NCBI GenBank assembly: GCA_002189035.1
Contig: CM007992.1
Span: 2,852,001 to 2,916,000 of the forward strand
Source of the DNA: Utricularia gibba
Lineage: Eukaryota > Plantae > Magnoliophyta
DNA length: 64,000 bases
Direction of reading: 5' to 3'
Below, piece after piece: positions 24,001 to 37,057 of this stretch. Each line of letters opens with the position of its first letter. Within the stretch, counting starts at the first letter, position 1. Under the pieces are notes generated by a model. The model ran no database searches and was not told the DNA's origin. It was given only the letters and a program-made list of their open reading frames with translations. Made by a program: the position numbers and the translations under genes.

Positions 24001-27000
24001 ATATAGTTCCTTATACAATTTATAAACTTTATTCTGTTGCCCTTGTATAATGAATCCTGGAGATTCCTCAACATATATTTCCTATGTTATAGTCTCATTG
24101 AGAAATGCCGATTTGATATCTAAATGGAAAATAGATTAATTATTGCAAGCTAAAACTGCAATTAAGAGTTTTATATTATCAAGTCTAGCCACTGGAGCGA
24201 ATTTGTCTTCATAATCTACTTTTTCATGTTGTGCGAAACCTTTTGCAGCCAAGCATGTCTTGAATTTATTTATGCTTCCATCTAAGTTTAGTTTTGTTCT
24301 AAGGATCCATTTTACTCCAATAGGCTTCTTCCTTTAATCTTGTCAACTAATGTCTATATTTTGTATTCTTCTATAATCTTAAACTCATATTCCATGGTTT
24401 TCCTTCAGTCAAGGTTAATCAATGCATAGCTTAAACTTAGATTCTGAGTGGGTGAGCATACATCTATCTTGATAGAATGAGTTAATTGGTCTGAATCCTC
24501 GAACTAGTGTGTTATCGTAGGTCTCAAAAAAGTCCAAAGTACAGTCTTGATTTTCATTCATCAATTTGTCTTGATAAAATGCTTCAACACGTTTAGAATT
24601 TTTCAAGTTGGAGTCATAGCAACTTAATTCTTTAGATCATTTCTCAATTGTTCATCCAAGGAATAGTCATTGTTACTTTTGATTTTCATCTTTATTGTGA
24701 ATGTGTACTTGAGTTTGGTTGACATGGCCCTCATAATTTACTGATTCCTTTTTTATTTCTTTTGCAAACTTTGTATGGATTTATTGGTGATCAAAAGCTG
24801 AGGTAGATTCAGCCTCTTCCTCTATCATGTTTTCATAATTCTCAGTGAAAATATCATTTTTATGATTTTCATATGCTTCTGATATGCCCTTCTCATTTTT
24901 TGAGTTCTCGTTGCTTTGAGGCGTATTATGATAGCCATCATTTTATGGATATTGAGTATTGATTCTTTCTTCAATTAATGAATTTCCTTGATTAGTGCAT
25001 CTCTCACTTTCTAGATTTTGTGTTGAGTCATCATCTCCAAATTTAAATATATAATTATAAGAGATCTTATACTAACATCTGAGTTAATAACAACTTCTAG
25101 AGAAATAGAAGTATTAGTGGTAGAATCTTGAGATAATACAGAATCCGCAGGTAGAAACACGATTCTAGGGAAAATATGGATATAGGGAGGTGAAGATTGA
25201 GTGACTTTTGAGTTTTCGCATCGCTCTTCTAGTTTCAAGTGTCTGCTCAATACTATTTCCCCTTCCAAAGGTTCTCAAATTTTATATGTCCTTGTAATTA
25301 TACTATAACCCATGAATACTTTTGTTTGAATTTTGATATCCAATTTTTCTCTTAGTTTCATTGGGATGACATGGTGGCACACATACCCAAATTACTCTTA
25401 GATGGTCTACTGCATGAAGTCTTCCATTCCATAGCTCGTATGGGGTCTTGAACAAGGTGGTTCATCGAGTAGAAAGTCTATTCAGAAGGTAAATCGTATA
25501 ATTCACAACTTCACCCTATAATTCTTTTGATACATTCTTCTCTACTAACATGCATCTGGTCTTGTTTAATATTGTTTGCTTTCTTCTTTTACTAACCTCA
25601 TTTTGTTGAGGAGTATACAATGCAGTGAAATAATGAGTAATTCTCTCCTTCTCACACATGTCCTTTGGTTCATGAGGTATGTATTCTCCATTATTATCTA
25701 ATCATATATATTTGATTTTTAAGTCATATTGATTTTCTACAACAACCTTGAAAATTCAAAATTTGAGATCACTTCCGCTCTTAACTTCATGAAATAGACC
25801 CAAATAAATTTGGAGTAATCATCTATAAATAAGATAAAGTATCAACTTCCTTTGGTGATAGGATATATAGGATTGAGGACATTTGAGTGGATAATCTCAA
25901 GAGGTGTGGAGGCGACCCAACTGCTTCTTTCAAAAGGTAAATAGCTCATTTTTTTGATTTCACAGATGTCACGATACTCATTCACTTGTGTCACCTCATC
26001 CATGCCATCTATCAGTTTTTAGGTGTAGGATTTCTTAAAAAAAAATTGATTGTGATGCTCATATCTATGATGTCATAATCACATAAATTATTTTGTTTGA
26101 GCACTTAGACATATATACTGAGCTTCATGGATATTGATAGTAGTTCCTCACATACATCATCTGCAATTTTACATATATGATTGCCGAAAATAATTTGGAA
26201 ATTTTTGCTTACCAATTGAACCAAACTGATTAGGTTGTGAGAAGTCGCTGACACATAAACTATGTCTTTGATGTGGATAGTTCTTGATGGAGTTTTCAGT
26301 TTAATGTTCTTTACCCTAGGGCAGATATAGATGTTTCATATGCTATCTCAATATATCCAATAGTCAAGGGTTTGTATTTAGTAAATACTGATAGATTATT
26401 TGTAATATGGTTAGTACATCCACTATCTAATAACCATGTTCATTTTCTGTGAATATCAATGAGTACTGTGAATATTGTACATTTTCCTATTGTTAGTATA
26501 TTAACCCGAAAGTAGATAGCATCTGTTTTCTTTTCTTTATTGGTTTTAAATGATACATTTTCCAAAGCCCTTGAAAGAGCTTCTTGGGAAAGATTAACAC
26601 TAAACCCTTGTGCACTTGTGCCATGACTTCTTTCTTCAAGCTACATACTCTTTCGATATGTCCATTTTGATTGTGGAATGCACAGGCAGATGTGGAGTTC
26701 CACCAATAATTTCCAGGTGTGTGTGGGTTTCCAATTTTGCAATAGCAGTACTATAGTATTTTGTCATGAGTATTGGAGATTATTGGAGTCATTCTTAGGA
26801 CAAGTGGTTTGTATGCATTTTTGTTGGTTCTACTCTAGTTTAGGATTTGCTCTAGTTTTTTTGAAGCCTACAACGACAAATGTCTTTTTTTCGTGGCTGT
26901 CCAATTTTTTGCATAGTTTGTTCTATTGTATATTTTCTAGGAGCTCCATATGAGAAAATCTCATGATACAACAAATGGACACTAGGGAGGCAATTGTTGG

Positions 27001-27359
27001 GTTATAGGTAGTGGGTAATGCATTTAGGATGATGCCCTTCATGTATTCTTCATCAGGTATGGTCCCCAATAGCCTCAACTTTTTGTCTGCAGCTTTAATA
27101 GTATTAGTGAGACAATCAAACGCCTCATATGGGTTCAGCCTCAAGGATTCCATAGCTCTCTATTGATAGGCTATTTGAGTGACCTTGGTTTCTGCATTTC
27201 CTAGGTACATTTTTCTAGTTGTTTCCATGTTTCCTTGGGATTTTTGCACTCTAAGATGGACTCATATGCTTCCCCAATTGCTGTTGAGTCTAATGTCGTG
27301 CATACCTTTTTCTTCAGCACTTTGTAGGCCCTGTATTGATCAATTTATGTGATTGGAGG

Positions 27360-30300
27360 CTGCGTTGCACAATATGTAATACGGCGATACGCAAATACGT
27401 AAACGCTACTCTGGTAATACGTATATCCCAAAGTATTAGAAATAATACGTGAATACTAATTTTTTAATAAAAATAATATAATAAAATTATATTATAATAT
27501 ACAGATTCATATATCAAAATAGCAATGTTTTACCAAATTCAAAAGTTACAAAAATAAAAGTTTCTTATGTAATACCAAACAAAACAAATCATACATGAGT
27601 ATTAAGAAAATTCATATTCACCAAAACACAAATTAATCCTCAACTTCTGATAGTTGTGTGACTTGTGTCAATATTGATGCTTCTATATCAACTTCATGAG
27701 TTGACATCCTTGTTGCCTGAAGAGTAGCTAGAGAATCTATTGAAGCACTATTCGCAGCATCACCTCCTATGTCCCAAAAAACGTGAATCTCCTTGAATGT
27801 ATTCCTGTGTTTTTCTAGAAAAAGCTTGAAGGTTAGTATGAATATATACCAAGTCCTCAGCAACCTTTGGAAGCAATGCATTTCTTCTAGCTGAATGTAT
27901 GAATGAATACGTACTCCAGTTCCTTTCACAACAGGAAGAAGAGCAAACTTGTGCCAACAACTTGATAGCCACACTTTGAATATGCATAGCAGAAGTACCA
28001 TAAGCATACCACCATTCAATGGGATCCTATGTTCTATATGCCATAGAAGAATGGTTCCCAAACTCTTGTCAACACCCTAAAAATCTTGTAAGTTCAGATA
28101 CTGCTAAAGAATGTGAATCAGGATCAAGAAAAAAATCTTCCAGCCACTTCATTCTTAAATTAGCTACAATTGGATCTAATTGAACCGGTGCAAGCTCAGG
28201 ATACTTCTCTCGCCATTGTTTTGTAGTGCACATACAGGAGCAATAATGATAGATGGTAATTTGTAAATAGAAAATTTGTAAGACCATAAACACAAATGTA
28301 ATTGTATTTCATGATACCTCGGGTTTAAAGAGTATGCCATAGCGTGCAATGGAGTTATTGCATTCAAACGCCTCTTTTCGAGCACTTTCTTAACAAACCC
28401 CCAAAAGAATGATTCATCCTCAACAATGCAGCTTTCATGATCAAGAATCACTCTCTTAACCTTATACATTACATTGCTCCAACCAGCATAAACAAGATGC
28501 AAACTCGGCTTATCAGTATCAAATTCACGTAGCAAGGTATAGATAGGTTCAGTAAACTTTAAAATGTAATCAATTGATTCCCACAAATCATCATCCAAAA
28601 TCGTTTTTTTAACTTCTAAAGCTTTATCAACATCTTCATGCCTAAATGTATTCCAATCACTAGCAGATATCATACGGGTCAAATCATCTCTAACACTTTG
28701 AAACCTTAACATCATGACAATGTAGGATGCAAATCGAGTCTCAACCAGAGTTAATAATGCAACTTTGGAGTACTTATGAAACATAAGTTTCCACTTACTA
28801 TGATTTGTTATGAAGTTCCTCACCACAATTAGTCTTTTCATCACCCTAGACATCCATGCAAATGCTTCAAATGCACCTTCATTTTCCCTTGTGTTCTTTG
28901 CATTAAACAAGTTTTTGAAGACTAAGTTAAGGCTATGAACTTGGCATGGACTCTAATAAATCTGCGATTGTAGTTCAAATGAAGAATTATATAGAATATT
29001 TAGCAAGTAAAAGGTTTTGAATTTTGAATAAAATGAAACAATTGGATTTGCAAAGCACAAAAAGAACAACAACAGGTTCATAATTAAATATGAAATTACC
29101 TTAGGATATTTTTGTTGCACAAGCAAACCAGCTCCCTTACAATTTTTTGCATTGTCAGTTATGACTTGGACCACATTATCTACGCCAACATTCTCGATTG
29201 CTTTCTCCATCAATATAGAAATATATGCAACATCTTTTTTATCTTCTTCACAATTATTTGCTTCAAGGAAGAGGGTTCCAGACTCATTTACTGCCATAAA
29301 ATTGATCAAGAACCGTTTTCTGGGTCTTTCCATCCATCTGAAGCAATTGATACACCTTTAGTCTCCCAAGTTTCTCCAATTGGTTCAAGTGCAGCATCAA
29401 TCCTTGTTCTTTCTAGTGTTAAAAGTTTTGTTCTTATAACATTATAACTAGGTGGTTTGTATCCTATAAAACAAATAGAAAGATATAACATTAGCATTCA
29501 TTTCATTTAATATTTCAAAAATCATATCAATAGCATTCGAAAATATGATGAAAAACAACAGCATTCAAAAATAAAAAAAAGCCACAATAATATTTGAAAA
29601 TAAAACAAACAACATTAGACAACCTTAAAAATGAATCGCGTTGCCAAGGGTACGTACCTTTCAGTCCAAATTCGCAAGCTAATTTAATAATCTCTTTGAA
29701 ATGTGGATTCCTAGCTACATTAAATGGAATACTAGCTGAAAAAAAGAACCTAGCAATTGCTAAATCCAATTCATTTATGATTTGTGGCTGAAATGCTTCT
29801 TCAATAGCTTTTTGAGAACCATTTCTCCTTTTCTTGACACAAGGTTCAGCCTCAGATTCATTAGATATTAGTGTTGCATTTGATGGTGCATGAAAGGAAG
29901 AACCAATTGAAGTTTGACTAACTCTGGATGGTTCTGACCTTAGAGTTGGAGCAGGTCTACTTCTCTTTGAACGATTATCAACTCTAACTAATTCAACTCT
30001 CTGAGAAGCATTAATATCTGGACAAACAGCAATATCTTGGCCTTTTATCTTCAATAAATGTGCTCTAATTCTTGAATATGAGCCAGTGAATTTTTTTTTA
30101 CAATAGTTGCAAGTAAAAGAAACATTACTAGTGTTTCTAATCCTTCCATGGTTCTCAACATACTTCCAAAAAGGCCACATGTCTTGAACTTCATTCTCAA
30201 GTTCATCTCCTAACTCATCGTAACAATCATCCACAATCTCAATATTTTCAGAAGCCATTGAATCACAGCAGCAACAACTAGAAATCGAAAAGATGATCAA

Positions 30301-30653
30301 AATAAGATACAATAATACATCATTGATTCAAAAACATAGGAAATAAAAAAGACCCATGTCAAAACCTCTTAGTTCAAACAACCCTAACCCAAAAACCATT
30401 ACTAATTGAAAGCAAATAGGTAGCAATACCTTTGATTATAATATGTGGCGTTGGACAAGCAATAAGATGGTTAAAATCACAGATTCAAAGGCAAAGAAAT
30501 CAAAACCCAGTGAGAAAGCCCTCTCCCAATCAGTCTAGAAAATATAAACAAAAAAGATTCTGTTTTTTTATATACTAATACGTATCGTATTACGTATCAA
30601 ATACGTATTCAATACGCCAAAGCATGCGTATTTGTCTAATACGTGCAGCGTTG
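27360..30653 (-). mobile_element. hAT-superfamily DNA transposon (3294 bp) nested in the Copia gag
   Basis: Perfect 8-bp TSD ATTGGAGG at 27352-27359 and 30654-30661. Imperfect 11-bp TIRs CTGCGTTGCAC / GTGCAGCGTTG. AATACG/CGTATT subterminal repeats at both ends; internal transposase. Confidence 0.93.
27633..30258 (-). pseudogene. Defective hAT transposase (BED finger, DUF659 catalytic region, hATC dimerisation domain), with introns
   Basis: W..CNYCKKKF...RIRAHL BED finger; GVSIASDGW and FLINFMAV; YSLNPR; AIKLLAQVCSSSCCERNWSTY. Frameshifts near 29322 and 27776-27781, in-frame stops near 28070 and 28028, and an apparently mutated last acceptor. Confidence 0.88.
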
Positions 30654-30867
30654 ATTGGAGGTAATGTTTCGATGTAATACTCCTCTAAGTCATTGTTTGT
30701 GAAGTAGTTGTACATCTTCTACTACCAGGTACGAAACTCCTTGAGTCTTTGCCATCAAAAGTAGGGGGGAGCTAGAGGGGTGTTTATTGTATTGTGAAAG
30801 GTGATCATGATATTGTATGAAGAGATGGATGTGGTGAACACAGAAGGAAGCTTGTTTCTTTTTTTGT

Positions 30868-30885
30868 TTCACATGGGGTTCACCA
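30868..30885 (-). other. Primer binding site complementary to the tRNA-Trp 3' end
   Basis: Minus strand TGGTGAACCCCATGTGAA abuts the 5' LTR end. The remembered plant tRNA-Trp 3' end ...TTCACGTCGGGTTCA-CCA predicts TGGTGAACCCGACGTGAA (16/18). Confidence 0.65.
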
Positions 30886-32333
30886 TGAAGAGTTGGTACT
30901 CTTCAAGTATGAGTATGGATATATGAAAAGAAATAACAGCTTTGATAATGTATGTTATTTGGATTAGTTTCATATGCACTTGACTATAAGACTACTTCTA
31001 TTTATATATGATAAGTCGACCGTTGTCTAGTACTGTACAGAAACACTTGTCTAGCTGTGAGGTAACCATTGGTGAAGCATGATATGTATACTTTTATTAT
31101 GAATTTGTTGTCTAAGTTTTTAAATATTGGAAAAAATATTAATAGTATAAATTGTTTTTAAGATCCATTTTCAAAATAAATTATAATATATCAAATTTAC
31201 ATATTTTAATAAATTAATATTGAAATGAAAAATAAAATAGGAATTTCATATTCAAATAACCACAAACTATCTATGGAGATCTACCCATAAGTTCAATTCA
31301 AATGGTATCATAAGAATTAGAAAAAAAAAGATTTTCTCGAATTCAAATAGCATCATAGGAATTAGAAGAAAAAAATTCTTTTGAATCCTTGTTATAATCA
31401 TTTTAAAATAAAAGAAATAATTTTTTTAATTTAAGTAAACTATTTAATTAACTAAGTCTTATTTTTATCATTTATTATTGAATAACTAAGTTTTTTTAAA
31501 ATATTAAAAGAAATTCTGATTATTTAAAAACCGTGATATTAAATTTAAACTACTAAAAAATCATTATAGTAATAAACTTTATAAACAATATTCACTTTCT
31601 ATATGTTATTATTTATATTTTTGAAAATTATAATTAAAAATGTTTTTCAAATAAAGCTTATATTGATTATATAAAGTATTAATAATTATTTGTTTTGAAA
31701 TACATTAGAAAAAATATAAATTAAAATAGGTGTTATGTGTCAAATACTTTCCAAAACATTATTATTTTCATAAAGATAAAGATGTGTCAAGTGTTTAAAT
31801 CCAAATTCAATCGAACAAAGTTTATTTTATGTTTCCTGCAGAATTGTTGTGATATAATTAAGTACAACTCATCATTAGTTGTCCAACATTTGTTATGTTG
31901 ATACACTTCACATCCCTGAACAAATCAAGTAACTTGTTTATGTTTACTAGGTAAAAAGTAGGAGGCACAAACCAATTAAAGGGCTTGATCACATTTCACA
32001 TATTCTTCTCCATGTAGCAATTAAATAAGAAGAAGAGGCATACTAGAATTAAAGATGCCAACCCATTAACTTTAAAACAAAAATTCATTCATTGTTGGAA
32101 TAATAGTCTTGGAGAAGTGGTAATTATTCCACATTATTAGTTGAAATGGCTTTCAATTAATTTATATGGAAAACCAACCCATTAACTTTGATGAGCTTGA
32201 AAGTGAACTCGGCCGCTTGCACACACAAGGCATTAATTTATTAGATTAGATTGGGCTTCCAAAGAACCCCGAAACTCAATAAAGGCTACACACAAGGGGA
32301 TGCAAACTCGTCCCAAAAACCTCTCGTATGTGA

Positions 32334-32570
32334 GAGGTTTAGGATTTATGTATATAATCAACTGATTTCTAAGATTGAGAGTAGTTCTTGAAAAGGTTCT
32401 TGAATTTTGGGTATTTAGAAATCCTTTAGGACAATGTTTTACATATATGAGGTTTAGGATTTATGTATATAATCAATTGATTTATGAGATTGAGAGTAGT
32501 TCTTGAAGAGGTTCTTGAATTTTGAGGTATCTAGAAATCCTTTAGGATAACGTTTTACATATCTAAGGTT
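32334..32570. repeat. Tandem duplication, ~115-bp unit, two copies plus a few bases
   Basis: gaggtttaggatttatgtatataatcaa... starts at 32334 and 32449, with scattered substitutions. Confidence 0.9.
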
Positions 32571-33413
32571 TTGATCTTTTACTATTCTTCGTGCTCAATT
32601 TACAATAATAATAGACGCAAGTAAAAGATAAGAATCATATAAATCTTATAAGTTATTAAAATCTAACACTTGATTTTGCATAACAGTAATACAATTTCTC
32701 CAATGGCTCAAAGCATTGTCAACCTTATTATGAACACTATTCTTGTGTTTAATTCTTTTTACAACGTGTTTAACAACACCATATTTTCCTCTTCGTAAAT
32801 TGATTATATAATCCTCATTAGTTCATCTACAAAAAAAAATTCATTGTTTCAAACTCTTCATGATTATTAAGGATTTCGAAAATGCCAAATATTTTCTTGG
32901 TATTAAGTTTTTTTAATATGCAAAAAATATCTTTATTAATCATAAAAAATTTGTTTTAGACATCGCATGAGATGTTGAATTTCAAGAGATACAATCGATA
33001 ACACCTTCAAGTCTTATGGAGCTTCGACATTTTAATGACATATCAGTATTACTATCTATTTTACAACAAGTTAGATTTGGCTTTTGTCACTTAGTATTTT
33101 AGTCAATTCATTGAATAACATAATATTTATTCGTATGCAATTCTACATATAGTTTATTATTTATATGGGACTCTAATGTTTGACATTCAATATAATCATG
33201 TTCCAAAACCTACATTTCCTATGACTCGTCATGCTCCTACTGTTTATTAGATTTATTTTGAAGGATAATCTAAGTCAAATAAAAAATATTATCTCTAAAT
33301 CATCTATTAAGGTTGGGTATAATAATTTGACAGCAACCAATTTCTTTATATTGAGATAACAAGGCATGTATATATGTATCATTAAAATTTATTTTTTATA
33401 AACAAAATAATAA

Positions 33414-33912
33414 GAGCATTTTTAAACATTTCTGGAAATATTAATGTGGTTTTTCGAAAATGTTTGTTAACTTTGTGAAAATTCTTAATTTAATGAGAAT
33501 TGTTGTGCTAAAACGAGAAGTGGGAAACCTCATTTACTTGTAGAAACAAGAAATAAAAAAAAGAATAAAAAAAAATCTGCGAAAATGTCAATGATTCATT
33601 TTATTTTTATCTTTTTGTTGTTATTTTTCCTATTTTTCTTCGTGTTTGGTATCCAAACTTCTTCCACTTGCATTTTATCTTTTCTCCGATCATTTTTCAT
33701 TTTTATCACTACTTGATGTATTGTATAATTAATGATTGTCTAATTAATTTCGAATTATGTTTTGTGTTGAAAATATTTTAATATTATGAAATTTATGTTT
33801 TTAGTTACAAAAAATGTTTCTGGAAATTAATACAAGAAATTAGAAAATTTTATAAAGAAAACTTAACAAATAAAAATCACATCCCCATTTTTGGAAATTA
33901 TTAGAAATACTC
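33414..33912. mobile_element. Tourist-like (PIF/Harbinger) MITE, 499 bp
   Basis: TAA TSD at 33411-33413 and 33913-33915. TIRs GAGCATTTTTAA / TTAGAAATACTC, with the imperfect match extending ~26 bp. AT-rich non-coding interior. Confidence 0.72.
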
Positions 33913-33949
33913 TAATTATATATGCATCAACTGTCATATTATTCAAAAA

Positions 33950-35640
33950 GCTTTTGCAATTGATCTTCTAATACCATTTAGCAATATCATATTACAATTC
34001 TATGACTTACAGATTCTCCAAGATGCTTTTGAATTGCATCTTCAAGGGGAATGCTAAAAAGTTTTCTTTAGTTGCACATTTTTATATGGTAGTTTACTCA
34101 TCTTGATTCTTTGTGATGTGCATCTCCCCTTCAATTTTCAATACAGATACCTTTTCCAATCCCTCTATCTTTAGATATCAAAAATCTGCTAGGAACCTCT
34201 GTTCATAGCAAAGGGGCAACAAAGCAAAGAATCATCTGACTGAATCTCAGAGTTTTTCAGAGGGGAGAAAACATTGCAGCTCAAATTGAAGGGATCATTA
34301 CAGAATTTTATCAGCATACAAATGACAGCTGAATCCACTGGGCATAGCTACAAGGTGACAGATAACGCAAGCATTCTCAGGAGATGAAATGGAGCTTAGA
34401 ATTTGCTGATCTTCTCACACAGTCCCTGAACTTGTACAATTCCCAAGAAGCATAAACACACCTTGGCATCTTCTGATAAGAAGCTTCAATAGGTACGGAT
34501 GTTCCCACAGGTGACAACCTGCGCACAGCAACGCCCACAAGTTGATTAGGAGTATTCCCTTGAAGTACCAGATGCCTCAGCTGTACTTCCACATGAAAAA
34601 TTGGCTGTTTATGTTGAAGGATAAACAGAACACAATTTTTTATGCTTTTGAAGGCAAAATCCAGAAAACATTCAAACATAAGCCACCTGAAGATATACAG
34701 TAATGGCAAACAGGAACAGGTCTCTTCTCCACAACTCATTTGATACTGGACTCTAAGGCAGCATAAGACTGTAACCACAACCAGGGATCCGGTACAGTTT
34801 CCAAGTCATGATTCGTATAAAATTCAACAAACACTTAACTAAAACCTTTTACTGATGGTCAATCTGGACAAATGTGGCTCTGAATGTGTTGAAAAAGAAT
34901 AAATGCACCTACTGAAAGCAATGTGGTCCCATGAAGCAGATTTGGTAGACTTTTCATAGCTTACTAACAATTGAAGGAAAAAAGCCAATCCACCAACACA
35001 CTGGGGAAGTTTACCAACCCACACACAACTAGTCCTCCCAGTCACCAGATAAAGTCCCAGATTTCACAAGCGTAAAATACTAATGTAGTCAATGCAAGAT
35101 GGGAATTGAAGAGGATGAATCTACTGCACCCCACAGCTTGGCATTAGGATGCCTTTTCAAGGACCAGGAGACGCCCTTTCTGCTGTAGGTGTGATTCCAT
35201 ATTGAAAGCATCAACGCAACCAAAAACACCCATCTCGAAAGCTTATGCGCAGCCTTCACTTTCTCCGCTAAGCTCGCAAAAGTTGACTCTTGACTGAACC
35301 CCGATGGGGTCGAGGTCCATTGTTCAGATTTCCGGTTCGAATTTGAGGAAACTTGTGGTCCACAAGTGACGAGGTCAGTAGGTTGAATGGGTATCAGTGG
35401 GCCGGAGAAGGAGGGCGGTTTCCAGTTGAAGGAGGCGGACCCCGATCCCTTAGGATCCGAAGCTGTTGTGCCTGGAAGGGAGCTTCGGCGGCGGGTAATG
35501 CTGGTTCTCGCCTGTGGAAATGCCAGACACCGTAAATCTTCCCGAGCTCGCCTGACATCTTGAGATCACCGCCAGTGCACGGTGCTGGTGCTCGACCCCG
35601 TTGTATGTGGGCGATCCTTGGGTTACTGCGAGCCCATTCT
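33950..35640 (-). pseudogene. Pseudogene of an At1g16860/At1g78880-like membrane protein; boundaries approximate
   Basis: Blocks spread over three minus-strand frames: PCTGGDLKMSGELGKIYGV, PSRHNSFGS, SGPLIPIQPTDLVTCGP, LSIWNHTYSRKG..RHPNAKL, VPIEASYQKMPRCVYASWELYKFR, RFLADF*Y. They match the remembered family motifs in order. Frameshifts, stops and loss of most of the TM region. Confidence 0.78.
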
Positions 35641-36427
35641 ACAGACAGAACTGATTGCGCCGCCGAACGACTGAAGAATTTTTTGCCAGGATGCTAGAAA
35701 GCATTGTAAGTGGGGGATGTGGTGAGACCACGGTCCACACTGGCCATGAAAGTGGCATCTCTATGTTTTGTCCTCAGAACTCACAACAGTTTCTCCCGCA
35801 CACAAAAAACACCAGAAAAACAGAACATATTCTTCCTACTAGATAACAGATTGGAGCTACAGTTAATCAACTAGAAATCATTCTAAAAAACGTTTTCATA
35901 CCAGCCAATCCCAATTCGCACGTGGCTCAAGTGGTAATTGAACTGGTAGGTGATGCACAGTAATTACCAAGAACAAGAATTTTGACAAGTACAAAAAAGC
36001 GACAGTTATCTTGTTGAATCGTTCAACGTTTAACTCCTCTATGCCAAACCAAGGAGCCGTAGGCTCAACGCAGAAAAGCCAGAATTAGAGAGGGCAAACA
36101 GACGTTGCTTTTGCAGGCTCATATCCATTTGATTCACAGGGGCATAAAAGAAAGAACGATGATAGAAACATGAAGATTTTTCAATTGCACCAGCTTTAGA
36201 TATAATGAAACATATGACCTGAAATCTGAAACATGGATTAAGCGACAGAGCTCAAAATTGTAGCAGCAAAAGCAGCAAAAATTTACATGGGAACAAGAGA
36301 TTCATAGGTTTTCTGCAAGCCAAAAGATGATTTTTTGGTAGCTACAACGATGATATTACAAAACAAGTATGACCAATGGAACTAGTTTCATCTTCCCTTG
36401 TTTCCTTCAAAAATTTCAACTTTTGTC

Positions 36428-37057
36428 TCAACCCCAAGCACTAAATATCCCTCCAAAGAAACCTAAAATCCTACTTACCTTTCCCTTCTCCAAGTCTTCC
36501 TCATTTTCCTTCTCCTGCTCGTCCTCCTCCTCCAAACCACCGGAAATATCTGAACTAGCCTCCGCCGCAACATTAGTGTAGGAAAAGTTGAAATCTTCAA
36601 TTTTGGAATTCAACTCAGGCTTCATAGGCTCATCTACATCTACTGAATCAACAGCCACGATCTTCCGACGCCTCTTCTCCTTCTTAACCTTCTCCTTCTT
36701 CCTCTCCTTGGTCAAATTCTCTTCAAAAGCATCGATAATCTCGTGAATAAGTACACGGTTCGGCGACGAATCCCACTTCACCCAATATCTCATATAGCAC
36801 CGGAAACAGTTGCAGTTGAACAACGGCGAATGGTCGGAGCTACTTTTCCAGTCCGTGGCGCCGGAATCAGTAGCCTTTCCGTGACCGCTGCTGAAATTCG
36901 CAGAAGAGCATGATATTAAGTAAGCTAAAACCTCCCTGTCCGCCGGCGACAACCCCGCTGCTGAAGCGAACAACGCCGCCGGCAAGAACGAGAGAAGTTG
37001 GTCAGAAACCACTGGCTGCGCGGGATGTACCGTGCTTTTCCGGTAAAGCTTCTTCAT
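36428..37057 (-). CDS. Uncharacterised conserved plant protein (At1g12020-like), intronless, 209 aa
   Basis: ATG at 37057: MKKLYRKSTVHP...LPAAL...DREVLAYLISC...HSPLFNCNCFRCYMRYWVKWDSSPNRVLIHEIIDAFEE, then a basic stretch, an acidic stretch and a C-terminal GFFGGIFSAWG. Confidence 0.85.
   Translation of the reverse strand: MKKLYRKSTVHPAQPVVSDQLLSFLPAALFASAAGLSPADREVLAYLISCSSANFSSGHGKATDSGATDWKSSSDHSPLFNCNCFRCYMRYWVKWDSSPNRVLIHEIIDAFEENLTKERKKEKVKKEKRRRKIVAVDSVDVDEPMKPELNSKIEDFNFSYTNVAAEASSDISGGLEEEDEQEKENEEDLEKGKVSRILGFFGGIFSAWG

Larger units (their letters stand above)
22464..30992 (-). mobile_element. Degenerate Ty1/Copia retrotransposon (gag-PR-INT-RT-RH) interrupted by a hAT element; right boundary approximate
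   Basis: Minus strand: gag PLAPPTFDGKD ~30780, gag continuing 27350-26920, Zn knuckle ~26660, protease WLLDSGCTNHIT ~26405-26440, integrase remnants 25900-25300, RT VIISLYVDDILITGNN ~23830-23875, RNase H 23350-22950. PPT TGAGGAGGA at 22736-22728; 3' LTR 22464-22727; partial 5' LTR from 30886; PBS 30868-30885. Confidence 0.88.

Noticed and set aside
35300-35700. GC-rich tract with a CCGAAGCT...AGCTTCGG hairpin, considered as 7SL RNA, telomerase RNA or a miRNA precursor
   Set aside because: No match to remembered RNA motifs or a telomere template; explained by the protein pseudogene.
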